Assembly (NCBI GenBank): GCA_009103225.1
Contig: RHPI01003389.1
Span: forward strand, 372,001-436,000
Length of the DNA stretch: 64,000 bases
Origin: Chlorokybus atmophyticus
Lineage: Eukaryota > Plantae > Mesostigma and Chlorokybus algae
Direction of reading: 5' to 3'
The translations under genes were made by a program, and so were the position numbers. Below are positions 38,701-51,339 of this stretch, piece by piece. The notes below the pieces were generated by a model. The model was given only the letters and a program-made list of their open reading frames with translations, was not told where the DNA came from and made no database searches. The first letter of the stretch is position 1; every line of letters begins with the position of its first letter.

Positions 38701-41700
38701 TCTCACCGTGCGGGAGATACGTCGCGTCGATGGGTGTTGCGCCCGGCGGGCCCGTCTTTGTTGTGCATAGAAAGGATGCAGAGATGGACAACGAGTGGCG
38801 CGTGTTGGGACACTTTCCTTCTCTGCCGGACACACTCTCTCTCTGCTGGGCGCCTTCCTCCCCTGCACCTCTGCTGCTGCTGGCCACCGCCTCAGGTGGA
38901 ATTGTTGTTTATGCTTCCATCTCTCCCTCAACGCACGTAATCAGTCACTTACACCTCTGGTAACTGTGTTGTTGTGTGCAGGGATGCTGTATGCGATGAG
39001 AGTCCCGTCAGAGCCCATGTCCCCGATCACCAAGTATCTCATCCCCGAAGAGGCGCTGGACAGGCGGCGTGCCGTCGTGCGGCGTGTCCTCGTGCGCATG
39101 GTCGCCGTGGCAGGAGATCAGAACGATCGACTCAGCAACGATCGGGACGAGGGTGAGGGCGAGGACGAGCCCGGGTTGGAGAAGGAGAGCTTCGTTGTGT
39201 ATGCGCTCACGCGGGATAGGGGGCTGCACCGGTACCGCATGCGCATCGTGCGCCGCAACGGTAGGAAAGGAAAGAGTTGTCGACTGTGTGCGTGCTGTCT
39301 GGTACTATTGATGTGTGGTCGGACAGATGCGAGTCTGCTTGCGAGTGGCGTGGCGCAGATGCTTCCGAGGAGCGGCGAGGGACCGCTGGCGGGGCCATGC
39401 GACATCATGGAGGAGAAGAGCCTGCCCAACGTGCATCAGGTGCGTGTTTATGTGTGCGTGTGCATGCATGCGTGTGTGCATGTGTTGGGAGACAAACCAT
39501 CCCGCGTGCATGACGCTCGGAAACTGCCGCAGAAATTCGGCACGTGTCTGGTGTTGTCTGCGGATGGGACGTTGCTCGTGGCGGGTGCCTCCGACGGCGT
39601 GGCGGTCCTGTTCAACCTGCAGCAGTTCAGACAGGTGCAGAGGTGGCCGCTGCACGCGTCCGCACGAGGAGGCATCACGGCGCTGGCGTTTGCTAACGAA
39701 GGGAAGACTCTCGTGTCGTGTGGGCGGGACGGCGGGACGCATACGGTGGCAATATCAACAGACGCGCACCCATCTGCCTCGCAGCCGGCGGGGCGCCTAG
39801 CACGCACTCTGCCAACTGTAACCACACCTGTGCCTGTTTCAATGCCGAGTGCGTCGTCGAGTGGGAATGTAACGTTGCCGTTGACGTGGTTGGAGAAGCT
39901 GGACCAGGGCAAGGAGGAGAGCGCGCGGGAGGCGGAAGCCGCGTACTGCGAGAGCGTGCGCGCACGTGTGGTCAGCATCCGCACGGAGGTCGAGCGCGCC
40001 ATTGACCTCAACACCCAGGTGAGGGTGTCTGTGTGCGCGCGCGTGTGTGTAGTGTGTGCTTGAGGTGCGCTGAGCTTCCCTTTGACAGTCTCTCACTCGT
40101 AGGCCGATGAGTTGGAGCGTCTCCCGCGTGAGGAATTTGTCGTTGACCAGGAACTGCGTGCTCAGAACATGGCCGCGTGCGAAGAGCGCATCCTCGAGAT
40201 GGCGGAGGTCAGTTGTGGCAATGACGCACTCGCATATCACTCTGCGAGGGTGTTCATTGTAAGATTCAATACACACACGCGCACGCACACACACTCACAC
40301 ACACTCACGCACACACACACACACACACTGTATCTGTGCAGGCATCCAGGTTGTCAGACCTGCGGTCCCAGCTGCTCGCCTCCCGTCTTCGCTCCGAGTG
40401 CTGGGACAGCGCCGAGTCCCCTCTCCTCGTGCTTGAGCCCCTCACCCTTGGGACCAACAGCGACGGGGCCCTCCGCGTGGCGAGCTTTGGCGTGGGTAAG
40501 CAGGGCGAGGGCGAGCGTCGACGCCTCGCGTGCGTGACGTTTCTGCGCGAGGTCGAGCGCGCGGAGCTGAGAAACAGACCGTTCGCGGAGCTGTCCGTCA
40601 CTCAGAGACTGGCGACAAGACACCGAGCGCGCGCGGCCGATAGGGAAATGCCAGAGTCGCCCAACCCTGCAAACATCAACAGTAAGTAGGCACACAAAGA
40701 GTGTGAGAGTGAGTATATGACAGCTGGCCTTGCGCCTTGTTGTATGCGAGACCTTCCTGCTGTTTGTTAGTTGCCAGAAAGGAGGAGGCTATGGATGCCG
40801 GGGATGGTATGGACGATGGCTGGGCTGCGCCGGGCGTGTACTTGGACGAGCTGGAGTACCACGATGTGGAGACCCACACCGTGCGCAGACGCATCACGCA
40901 GATACACCTCGTCAAGGTGTGTGTCCTCTTACAACGATACCAGTCAGCTGTATGGCTTCCAGTCGGCAGGTAACCATGTACATCTCTCTTCATTGCAGGC
41001 TGCCATCCAGGCAAGGAAGGTGTCGTTCAACGGCGAGGTGGACTTCCTGTTGCAGTCGAAGCACGGCGTGGTGGATCGTCTCAACGAGCGCGAGTCCCGC
41101 GCATCAGCCATCTGCTCGGACCTCAACATCCCCAATGAGGGTCCAGGCACGTGGTCGTTGGCTGCCTCCGAGACCCCCGAGGCCCGCGTGCTCAGCGTGG
41201 ACGACAGCGAGGTGCCCTGCGAGAAGTATGTGTCGGTGGAGGAGCGCGCGAGGAGAGAGAGTGAAGCGAGGAGGCGCAAAGAGGAGGAGAGGGCGAGAAG
41301 TGCGGATGAGAGCCGAGCGCGAGCGCTCAAGGATATGATGGGAGGCACGCTCGAGCGAGCGCATGCTGATGCGAACGACCCGGACAACTGCAAGGAGCCG
41401 TGGATGGAGGAATACAAGGCTGGGGGAGGAGTCTCACAACTCACTGATGAGCAGATGAGGAGGTACAAAGAGTGGGAGGCCAAGGCGGTCGCGTGGGCCG
41501 AAGAGCGCGAGCGCGCCCGCAAGGCCCTCGAGACGGAGCTCAGGCAGATACGTTCTGAGGTGGGCAACGCCACGCGCGGTTTTGACGCCGATTTACAGGC
41601 TCTCCACGCACGCAAGCTCGCCGTCCAGGAAGAGATCACCCTGATGGAGCTTAAGCTGCTGCTGCTGGTGTCCGCGCTGGAGCAGCGGTCGAGAGACGAG

Positions 41701-43965
41701 CAGGTGGCGCGCGTGCTGCAGGTGAGGCTGGAGGCACTCAAGGTGAGAAAGGGGCAAGGGGCCACGGCACTGGCGGCGCTGAGAAGAGAAGTGGACCGCG
41801 CACGGGCAGCGCATGAGACGCTGCTAGTGGAGGACCGAGCCATAGAGAAGGTGCGTGTGCGCGATGCATACAACATCTGCATCCGTGTGTGCATGCGTGC
41901 GTGTGCGTGCGTGTGTCCGTGCGCGTGTGCATGCTAGCCTGACGCTGGTTACCTATGGTGCTGTTCCAATTATAATTTCCAGGCGTTTAGGCGAGAGTTT
42001 GGTGAGCACGAGGACCTGTTTGAGGCGCTTCTTCGTCTGTTCCGTCAGCGTCCCAAGGGTCTCACGGGCGGTGGGGGTGACGGCATGAGCCGCGCCGGCA
42101 GCCTCATCAGGAAACCATCCACCATGCCTGCTCCCGGCGGCCAGCAGCCAGAGTCCCCGCGACAGCAGCGGGCGAGCGTCGCGGACACGATGAACACCAA
42201 CAACACCAACAACAGGAGCAGCATGAGTGCAAGCATGCGCGGCCGACTCAACGCCAGCATCGGCAGGAACGCGTCGCAGTCATCAGGTGCGTGGTGGTAT
42301 TGCGCGAGCTGAAAGGCTAACCTATTGGTGAGTTTGAGCCTGGATCTAAACGCCACGTTGCTCTGTTTGTATGGCAGGTTCTCAGCGCGCGTCTCTGGCG
42401 CTGGCTCTGCCCCTTCCTGCGGGCGCGTACGCGGCAGAGGCCGGCCCTGACGCCCCACCGTTGAGCTCTGGACGGTACGTGTTTGTGTGAGGCAATGAGC
42501 GATGCAAGCATTGCCGGCGCGTGCTCACTGACGGGTTGACGAGGCTGTGCCACACACTTGCAGGGCTAGCATGGTGAGCGAGAGCACCCTCGACCCCTAC
42601 GCGCAGGGCGCTGGCGGGGACCCCGGCAGCAAGACGAGTAAGCGCGTGAGCATGTGCGTGCGAGCGTGTGATGACATGACCCAGTCCTGAGCTTTGACTT
42701 GGAAACAGGCCGCTCCTCGGATGCGCATGCTGGTGGGGAGTGGGTGGCCATGCAGATGCAGCAGCAGAGCCCTCCGGACGGGTTGGAACCGCGTCTGTGG
42801 TCGCGTCTGCAGGAGTGCCGCGCGGCAAAGATTTCAAAAGAGCGCGAGTGTCGGGAGGCGGGCGCGCGTTTGTCGGAGCTCACGCGCGAGTACGCTTCTG
42901 CGGTGGGCGCGGACGAGGCCACGCGCGCGCGCATCGAGGCCGTGCTGCGCGCGCTCTCGGACGTGCGCGAGGGCGCTTTGCGTAGAGACCGCGACGCCGC
43001 CCTCACCTGTTTGAGGTTGAAGCTGGGTCAGGTGGAGGTGGAGGAGGAGGCGGGGGCGGGGGCGGGGCGCGAGGAGCGTTGCGTGCTTGTGGACCGTGCG
43101 GACATTGAGAAGCTCAACGCGGAGATCGACGCCCACAACGCGCAGAAGGTGCGCATCTTAGAGGAGTGCCGCGACGCACGACAGGAGATGCACACGCTGC
43201 AGTGGCTCAACCGACGACAGTCCCTCATCAAAGACGACAAGGCCGGCAAGATCAAAGAGCTGCAGCTGCTGCGCGTCACCAAGGACCTGCAGCGCCTCCT
43301 CAAGGCCGCCGCGGAGAAGGACCGCGCGGGGGAGGCGCAGGAGGAGGAGGACGCACGCATCCACGCGCAGATGCGCAACCAGGACAGAGCGCGAGATGCC
43401 GCCGCGTCGAGAGCGCAGAGACGACTCGACTGGCAGCAAGGGCAGGCAGGATTGAGAAGAGCGCAGAACGCAGCGCTGAGACACCGTGCGCGAGACCTCG
43501 ATGAGAGCGTAGCGCAGGGAGAGGGACTGCGCACAAACACGAGACCCGCGTCCGCGCCATCCCTCGCGGACAGCGGCAGCGACGAGGTAGGGACAGTGCT
43601 TGGGAGCACGTGTGCTTGTAACCATCTGCGTGCATGCATGCGTGTGCACGCATGCACTGGCGGCTTGTTTGTTCCGCTTGTGTTGGGTGTTGTGCAAGAG
43701 GCACCAGCCTCCTCCGCCACATAGCACTCTTGCGCGCAAGTGCGTACGTTAACGTTAACTCCTGGCTGTGCAGAGGTTGGCTCTGCGGCGCGTGTTCCGC
43801 AACCTCATGACCAACAGGAAGCTCAAAGACATTGTCCAGGCGCAGAGGCACGAGATGGAGCTGCTCAAGTGCGAGGTGGAGCGGCTGATGGCGTGCAGCT
43901 TCCCCAACTTTGCCGAAGTTCGGCTATACAAGCCATACATCGGGCCGGACATTCGCATATGGTAG
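35795..43965 (+). CDS. CFAP43: Cilia- and flagella-associated protein 43 (WD40 repeats plus long C-terminal coiled coil), many exons
   Basis: N-terminal VAYACGSALV...GVGAVAAC...VAYAE; WD repeats (VAWVAVSPCGRYVAS, LSADGTLLVAGASDG); coiled coil with KDMMGGTLE and ELQLLRVTKDLQ; C-terminus RKLKDIVQAQRHEMELLKCEVERLMACSFPNF. Confidence 0.85.
35942..36030. repeat. (GAT/GAC)n microsatellite in CFAP43 intron 1
   Basis: Seen directly. Other SSRs: (CAC/CAA)n ~33196-33270; (CA)n 34553-34579, 40265-40328, 49617-49648; (GGC)n 35766-35793. Confidence 0.9.
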
Positions 43966-45102
43966 GGGGGAAGTACATAACCGTTGCGAAACAGGGCTGG
44001 TGGGAGCAGGGGGCCGAACGAAGCGTTGTGTGCGTTGCGATCATGTCACAAACTAGTGCACATTGATTGTCCATGTGTAGATGTGCGAGTTAGCGGAGGG
44101 TTCCGTGCAACTGAAGTACATGGGGTATACAGTTTCAATAGTATATATGTTTTGCACTCCAATGACAATTGTGTCACACTCATATGCGCTCAAGTAGAGC
44201 AGGCGGGGCCGGCACTAGCACACAGCCATGATTACGTTGAAAGCCTACAACCTCAGTGCTCTGTGAGGTGTGGCGAGTGCAGCACGAGGCCTACTTCTCA
44301 TCAACGACAAGCTAGCTGGTGATCAACTTCACAGTTGTTGTTGTTACCGTCTTTGCCATGACTACTTTTGGCACACTTGATTGCAACTTGACGTCCTGAG
44401 TATGCATAGGTTTAGCTGATATATTCTCAGAATGGCTCTACCACATGTTGAACATCTAGTAGGTCAGAGGTCACATATTACAAGTGGTTACCTGAGAAGT
44501 GTATCATGTCAGAACTAGGGATATGCAAATAAGACAATGCTCGGTAAGCACTAAGCTGCAAAGCAAATACCATATGCCAATGTTCGGTAAGCAGTAGGTT
44601 GCATACCATCAATTGCAGTGGTAGGTGCCTTGGTAAATACATTGTAGCTTAGATGTTACAACAGTAAGGGGGATTGCCATGTACTTTACCATACGCCACA
44701 ATTGATGGCGCAAAGGTTACACAGCATCACACAAGCGTTGCCATGTAGCATGCTAGATGAATGAAGTATCCAACGGACACCAAAGCCATCATGATTATCA
44801 GTGCGTGCCGTAGGTGTAATTACAAGGTAGGGTGCCATCTAGCCTGACCCGGTAAATACATGTGATTAAAACGCTTCTGAGTCAAAGGGATGGTGAGTTA
44901 TCATTATACGAACAGTAACAATCAACTGACAAACCATTCAACGTTAGCAGAGCAGTGTTGCTGGGAAAAGCGTTAGGTGTATATATTCAGACAAGTCTGG
45001 AGTGCACTAACGGAGGTCACCATTTGAGGGCAGCCCTATCATCAATCCACAAATACCAATCTATTCACTCTGCTGCTGCTGCTAAGGAGTGGGATGAACC
45101 GT

Positions 45103-46157
45103 TTACTGGCCGGGAGTGAACTTGGTGGCGTATGCCCAGGCGTTGTTGACGGTGGGGTTGTCGAGATGGTCGGTGAGGTTGTTCAGGGGGCCCTTGCCGG
45201 TGACGATGGCCTGGACGAAGAATCCAAACATGGAGAACATGGCGAGGCGACCGTTCTTGATCTCCTTAACCTTGAGCTCGGCGAAGGTGTCGGGGTCGTC
45301 AGCCAGACCCAGGGGGTCGAAGCTCTCACCGGGGTAGACCTTGTCAAGGCCATCGCCGGCGGGGCCGCCGTTCACGCGGTAACCCTCGATGAGACCCATG
45401 AGGATGACCTGGGTGATGATGATGGCGCCGATGGACTGGGCGTGGATGAGGCTGGGGGAGCCCAGGTAGTCAATGCCTCCGGGGGTGAAGATCTGGCCAC
45501 CGGCCTTGAACCAGACAGACTCCTTCAGGGGGGTGCCGGCGTACTTCGAGAGCAACTCGGGGAGGAGGCAGCCAAGGGCGCCGAGCATGGCCCAGCGGGC
45601 ATGGATGACCTCGATCTCGCGGTAGCGAGCGAAGGTCTCGGGGTCGGCGGAGAGGCCGGCGGTGTCCCAGCCGTAGTCTCCGGGGAACTCACCCCTCAGG
45701 TATGAGGGAGAAGCGTTCTGCAAGGAGGAGCAAAAGTGTCAGCTCACCAACACCCGCTCAAGCTCTCCTCGTCATCCCCAATCCAGCGACCCAACCAATC
45801 TGACCGCAGACAGTGTGCATGCACTTGCGTGATAGACGCACACACACTACCACAGACGCGCCCGAACCCAGACTATGCAACCTGTTCCGCTCTCCCATCT
45901 GCCGCCGGACGGCATCCCAAGCAAACGCATGCGAGGAGTCAAGCATACAGGGCAACGACAGCTGCAGTGCTGGCACTTACGTCGGAGAAGGGGCCGAGCC
46001 ACTTGACGCGGTCGGGGCCGTACCACGGGGAGGAACCCTTGGCCATGGCGACGGTGGCCTTGGCGGCGGGCTTCTGGGCGGGGCCATTGACCTTCTGGGC
46101 AACGGCGTTGCCCAGGAAGGTGGTCTTGGAGACGGCGGCGGCGGCGACGGAAGCCAT
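45103..46157 (-). CDS. LHCB: Major light-harvesting chlorophyll a/b protein of LHCII (Lhcb1/LHCBM type); exons 46157-45981, 45717-45103
   Basis: WYGPDR trimerisation motif, [73 protein letters not shown]. Confidence 0.98.
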
Positions 46158-46204
46158 GGTTGCTAAAGTTGCTAGAAAGAGAACACACTGTGCCAAGGGC
46201 AATG

Positions 46205-46310
46205 CACAGACTATATACCCGGCTGGCGGAGGGGGGGCCTAGCTGTGAGCCCTGGATGCCCGGGAGCGGGAATCAGCGGGAAGTGGGGCAGCGCGACTCT
46301 CCCATTGGTG
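46205..46310 (-). promoter_or_regulatory. Probable LHCII core promoter: TATA (GTATATAG, 46211-46218) and upstream CCAAT (~46303-46307)
   Basis: Motifs sit at plausible spacing upstream of the ATG at 46157. Confidence 0.5.
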
Positions 46311-47262
46311 GAGATCGATCTCATCCTCATCTCCTGCACGCGCGCAGGGCGGGACGAGCGCGCGGCTGCGCGTGGGTGGGGCCGACCAAGCCCCTCCCAC
46401 CCAGCCAATACGATGCCGGTCGCGCCCAGATTTTTCCGGGGTCTCCTCCAATCCAGACGCAATTCCGCCCTCCGTATAAGAGTACGGAACCTCCACCGTT
46501 GCTGGCACGGCGTAAGGTCAATGTAAATATTAGTTTGATAGTGCTAAGTTGGGCGACTTCCTCATTATTGGAAGGAAGTTCCTTGGCCAAAGGCGGAAGG
46601 GTGCTTGCGAAATCAAGTTCGCAATATGCTTACAAACATGGAAGCAATCGAGAATCATGCTGAAGGCAATGATTTGGCCACCAGCGCAGATGCCACTTTT
46701 GTGGCGGGCGCACATTGAAGCGTGCTGCAAATAACGTGTGTTATTCGAGCGCACCTCTTGATGCATAACACGCTTACCTGGTTCAGTGTTTGTTGCACGC
46801 ATCAAGCTTGCTTCATTCAATACTTGAACACTCTTTACTTTTATAGCAACGTTGCTTAAGACATTGTGTTGAATGTGGCAAGTACCGGTATGCATATCAT
46901 AATTGATTGCAAGCGATGACATGTCGTTCGTTTAGCTGTGAAGTGCAGCGAACCAAGCAATTGAAGCGAAGGTAGTTATTTATACATAAATACTTTTATG
47001 TATATATATATATATGTGTGTTTGTATGAATTTAAAATATATGTTATAAATAAAGGATATATTACATGTAAGTATTTACGAGTTGCAACCAAAGTCATAA
47101 CAAAATGTTAAGATCAATGCATAAACTCATTCAACCTATTAGACCATTTACTTTATACAATTTGTCAACATGTAGAGCAAAAAGAAATGACTTCAGTAAC
47201 TATCTCCATTATATTTGCCATATCATAGTTATGGGACATGGTTAGATGTCATGTGACTCCTC

Positions 47263-47317
47263 CTATGGCAGCGAGTTTTGCTGCCATAGCCTAGTGGTTA
47301 AGGCGCCGATCTTATGA
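47263..47317 (+). other. tRNA-Ile(UAU)-like 5' half preceded by the complement of its acceptor stem; no recognisable T arm
   Basis: GCTGCCA TA GCCT-AGTGGTTA-AGGC G CCGAT CT-TAT-GA at 47280-47317; TGGCAGC at 47266-47272, with a 7-nt spacer. Confidence 0.4.
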
Positions 47318-50300
47318 AATTGTTATACAATGATGACCCAATATGGGCAAACGACTAAATGACATAAGAAAGAATTTGCAGGGCATTGGTGTATGATTTG
47401 CACGCCGATAATAACAAACTTAGGTTTTGCAATGTTTGTTATCTCCTTGAGGTCAACGATTGTGCAAGATAAGATTTCGCTGATACGTATATTAGCATCA
47501 CATGCACTGTCGCGCAGATGACTTGCGCGTTCGCATTCACTTGATATTCGTAGTTGAGATCTCAGTCGCAGATAGATAACTTATAATCGACTTGACGCTT
47601 GTGAGATATTATCGAATGTCGCATGTATATAAGAGAAACTTTTGTAATCGCTAGCGCGTAAATGCATGCAAAGCCTCTGATTTATCAAGTCTCCATTAAG
47701 TACAATGCATATGCGTCTTTAACTTGAGTGAGATAACCATGAGCTTGTATTACATACAATATCTGTGCATTAGAATTGTAAACATTGAGAAAACAAATGA
47801 AGAAATGGAAGTTGAAGATTGTTGCTATTGAAATGCGATACATAACGATTAGTTAAAAGGTTGCAAATGAATAAAAAGAAAAGAAAGAGACATAAACAGC
47901 TGCGCCACAAGTATACCGCACCTTATTGATTGGCTCCAGAAGGAAAAAACATGCCCCGGGATATCGGGGTATGACAGTCACGCTGTAAACAGCGTGACTG
48001 TTATAGCGTATTCCGGCTACACTATAGATAAGCACAAAAGGCAACATACAGCAAACAGAACAATGGTATACTTACTCTTAATATCCGTCATTTAACCTTG
48101 GGATTTGCTTGTAAATCCAAGGGCTAAGAGAGGAATAGAAGTCATGACACTTTAGTAAGGAAAAAGGAGAAAAGAGTGAGCAGGGAACAGAATTTGCGTC
48201 CCTTTCAAGAGGGAAAGGTGGAGACATTATGATAGGTGGGGAGAATTTGACATGGGCACCATCAACTAGGGGCAAGAATACCTACAGCCATTCTTGTGTA
48301 ACCCGGGACTGAATCTGCGTACACGGCGGAAAGCAATTTCGAATCATGGTTCGACAAAACTGAACCAGGCCTGGCACGACCGGCTGCGCCAAGGAGGCCG
48401 CCCCAAAACCCTAGTCCAATTGGATCCGCGCCATACTTGGCGCGGATCGACCCGGGTTCGTGAGCCGCGGAAGTCCGCACCACCCTGAGGGTTTATTCTT
48501 GGTGCGGCCGGTCACCAATTTGTGACCAGCCCACTAGTGGTGCGTCACTCGCACCAAGTATGGCGCAGAGTGTTTGCCACCTGTGTACCAGAGCCGCGGA
48601 CGTCAACATAAAGCATGGTTTCGGTTCTTTCCGCACCAAGCTGGGCGAAATGTTCCCCACCGGCAGTCCTGAGCAGCGGACGTCCGCATCATATCAGTGT
48701 TTAGCTAATTTTGCACGCCTGAACATGGTGCGGCTTTTGCGGTTGTTGCGGCGGTGTGAAATTGACAGTCATAGTCCTGTGCTGACCAAAGCAGGGCATG
48801 GTTGCTAGCGCCCGCTGTATGGGCATTGTTGAGGCCGTGTTGGTGCCACCCCAGTGGGGGGTGGGGGTTTCAACGTCGCAATCTCCATGGTAAGCGCGTG
48901 CATGGCCTTATGATGTGCTTGCTTACTTGTTGGCGCTTAATCTATTCCATCTGCCACCTTTTGCTGTGCATGTTTGGCTCCGTGACTGTGTTTGTGTTTG
49001 TGTTTGTGTGTGCATGTGTCTGTCCCTGGTAGTAAGGTTATTTATTTGCAATCCGTGAGCGTGCTTGCTAATTTGAGAATGCGCATACCTAGATGGTGTC
49101 CCATCTCAACGGTGGTGATGAGCCCCCGTTCGTTAACTAGCAGCAACCTCCTGCTCAACAGCCGCTTAGCCCCCGCTCAGCAGGTATAGCAACCCGCTCC
49201 ATAAGAGTACCACCCGAGATCGCTCAACACCCGCTCAAAACCCCCTCAGCACCCCCGTCCCAGGCTTCATATGCGCGCAATGCTAGATGCTTGAACCCTA
49301 AAACCCTAAAACTTAGACCCATCCCGAAGCTTGCCAAGAAAGGCAGTGATGATAAAAAGCCCCCTCCTCAAGCAGGACCCTAAGGTTGTGCACTTGTGCA
49401 CTGTTGACTGCGTAGTAGTTGGTTGTGCCTGGTGCTGTGCTGTGCGTGCATGGTCTCCTGTGAGACTGTGCATGTTGTGTCATTTCTTGTATATCTGTAC
49501 AGCCTAACATACTCCCACCTGCATATAGCCCTGTACATTTGCACCATGTAGAACTATGCCCATTGTATAGGCTTAACTCTTTACAACATAGCATGTAATC
49601 TTGCTGTGTCACGTGGGACACACACACACACACACACACACATACACACCATGCCAACATCACAGTGCCTCAGCCATGGCAGGGTCGTGTGCCCCTCAAG
49701 GTCGCTCCCAACCATATTGCCATGATGGGGAATGAGGCCAGCCTCGTGGGCTGTTGTAGACATCCGTGTGCAGCTGAGAAGAGCTCCCACCCAGCATAAC
49801 TAAGTGTAGAGGAAGCTATGTAGGCAGCAAGCCACCTACTAAGGTGCTGTGCTCACAGGGCCTTCCCACGATAGCAAGATGCACGTGTATGTATGTATAT
49901 ATGTATGTTCCCTGTTAAGTAAGAGCTATGGGTGCTATTAACAGGTGTGATAGCAGACCCTGACTGATGCGTGTGTATGCTCAACAATGCAAGCACGCGC
50001 AGTTAGTGTGTGAGGCAACTGCAATGTATATGTGTGTGCTCCGCATCCATACACAACACACAACAATCACAAACACGTCAAGCTCACGTGTAGGCTTTGT
50101 ATTGAAGAGGTTGGGGCGTTAGTCGGTCCTTGCTTTGTACAGACAGTCTTGCTAAGTAACAATGGGGCTAAGTCTGCTACTTATAGTACAGCCGCATCTA
50201 CTTACAACTGTGCAGTCCTAGAGCAGCGGCTAGTTGTGAGTTCAAGCGATAGAGCCGTTGGAACTCGATGCAGTTCGAGTTGAGCCAGAACGGAACAGCT

Positions 50301-50589
50301 ACGGTGGTACCGATGATGGTACCCACGACTCACGACCGCCGTGGCAGTCGTACGACGCGCAGCGCGCGGTCCTCATGCTACTAGCAGGCGCGGATGTTTG
50401 GCTATAGGCATGGTCGAGGAGACTTCGCGGACGGCGACGAATAGCATGACAGCGGGAACGATGCCTGGCTGTAGGCATCAACGAGGAAGTTGGCCCCCCC
50501 TGGCCCGCTGGCATGACAGCTAGTGCGTCTAACCACCTTGTGCGGTTTCTTGTCTCATGAACACGTTTTCCTTCCAATGCCTGCGCAGC

Positions 50590-50934
50590 ATGCCACCTTT
50601 TGCTCACGCATTGCGCTTTCTCCAGATGGCATGCCATCTTTTGCTCACGCAGTGCGTTCTCTCCCCTAGGCACGCCACCTATTGCTCACGCAACGCGTTC
50701 TCCCCCCTATGCACGCCACTTTTTGCCCACGCAGCGCGTTCTCTCCCCTCGGCATGCCACCTTTTGCTCACGCAGCGCGTTCTCTCCACTAGGCACGCCA
50801 TCTTTTGCTCACGCAGCGCGTTCTCCCCTCTATGCACGCCACCTTTTGCTCATGCAACGCGTGTTCTCCCCTCGGCATGCCACCTTTGCTCATGCAGCGT
50901 ATTCTGTCCACTAGGCACGCCACCTTTTGCTCAC
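50590..50934. repeat. 41-bp minisatellite, about 8.5 copies, with 3-unit higher-order periodicity
   Basis: Consensus aYgccaccttttgctcacgcagcgcgttctcYcccctNNgc. Unit ends cycle ctaggc/ctatgc/ctcggc. No spacers, so not CRISPR. Confidence 0.93.
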
Positions 50935-51339
50935 CTCTTTATGCTCTCCTGTCCACCTAATCTTTTTGCGCTTTGCTGCCGCCGCGTAACATTATCCCGC
51001 CTAACAGTATCCCACCCAACATAACTCCCTCGCCGTGCTTCTATGCACCTAACAATTATTTACCGTAAAATGCACTCGTACACAGGTTCGAACACCCACT
51101 CATACTTATGCTAGCCCCAATTCATGCTTTCACAACTTTTAAAACATAAACCTGTTACGAAACCCCATGACAGAGGGCACTAACTAGACAACAAAAGGGT
51201 TGCACAGAGCTATCAGCACATTGGATACGTGTTACTGCTTTGTTTTGTGTTGAAAGTATGAATCATCACTATATGCCTAGTGTCATCAAACATCCTTCCT
51301 ACTCAAACAGCGACTGCCAAACAATTGCGAGGCTAGCAT

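Noticed and set aside
40944-41894. 316-aa minus-strand ORF and similar long ORFs across 35-44 kb
   Set aside because: Antisense or alternate-frame shadows of CFAP43 exons and stop-poor RY-repeat introns.
45094-45705. 203-aa plus-strand ORF
   Set aside because: Antisense shadow of the GC3-rich LHCII exon.
47330-47483. ATGATGA...CTGA as a box C/D snoRNA
   Set aside because: No terminal stem and no recognisable rRNA antisense element; such motifs are frequent in AT-rich DNA.
50590-50934. 41-bp array as a CRISPR array
   Set aside because: Units are contiguous with no unique spacers, there are no cas genes, and the context is eukaryotic.
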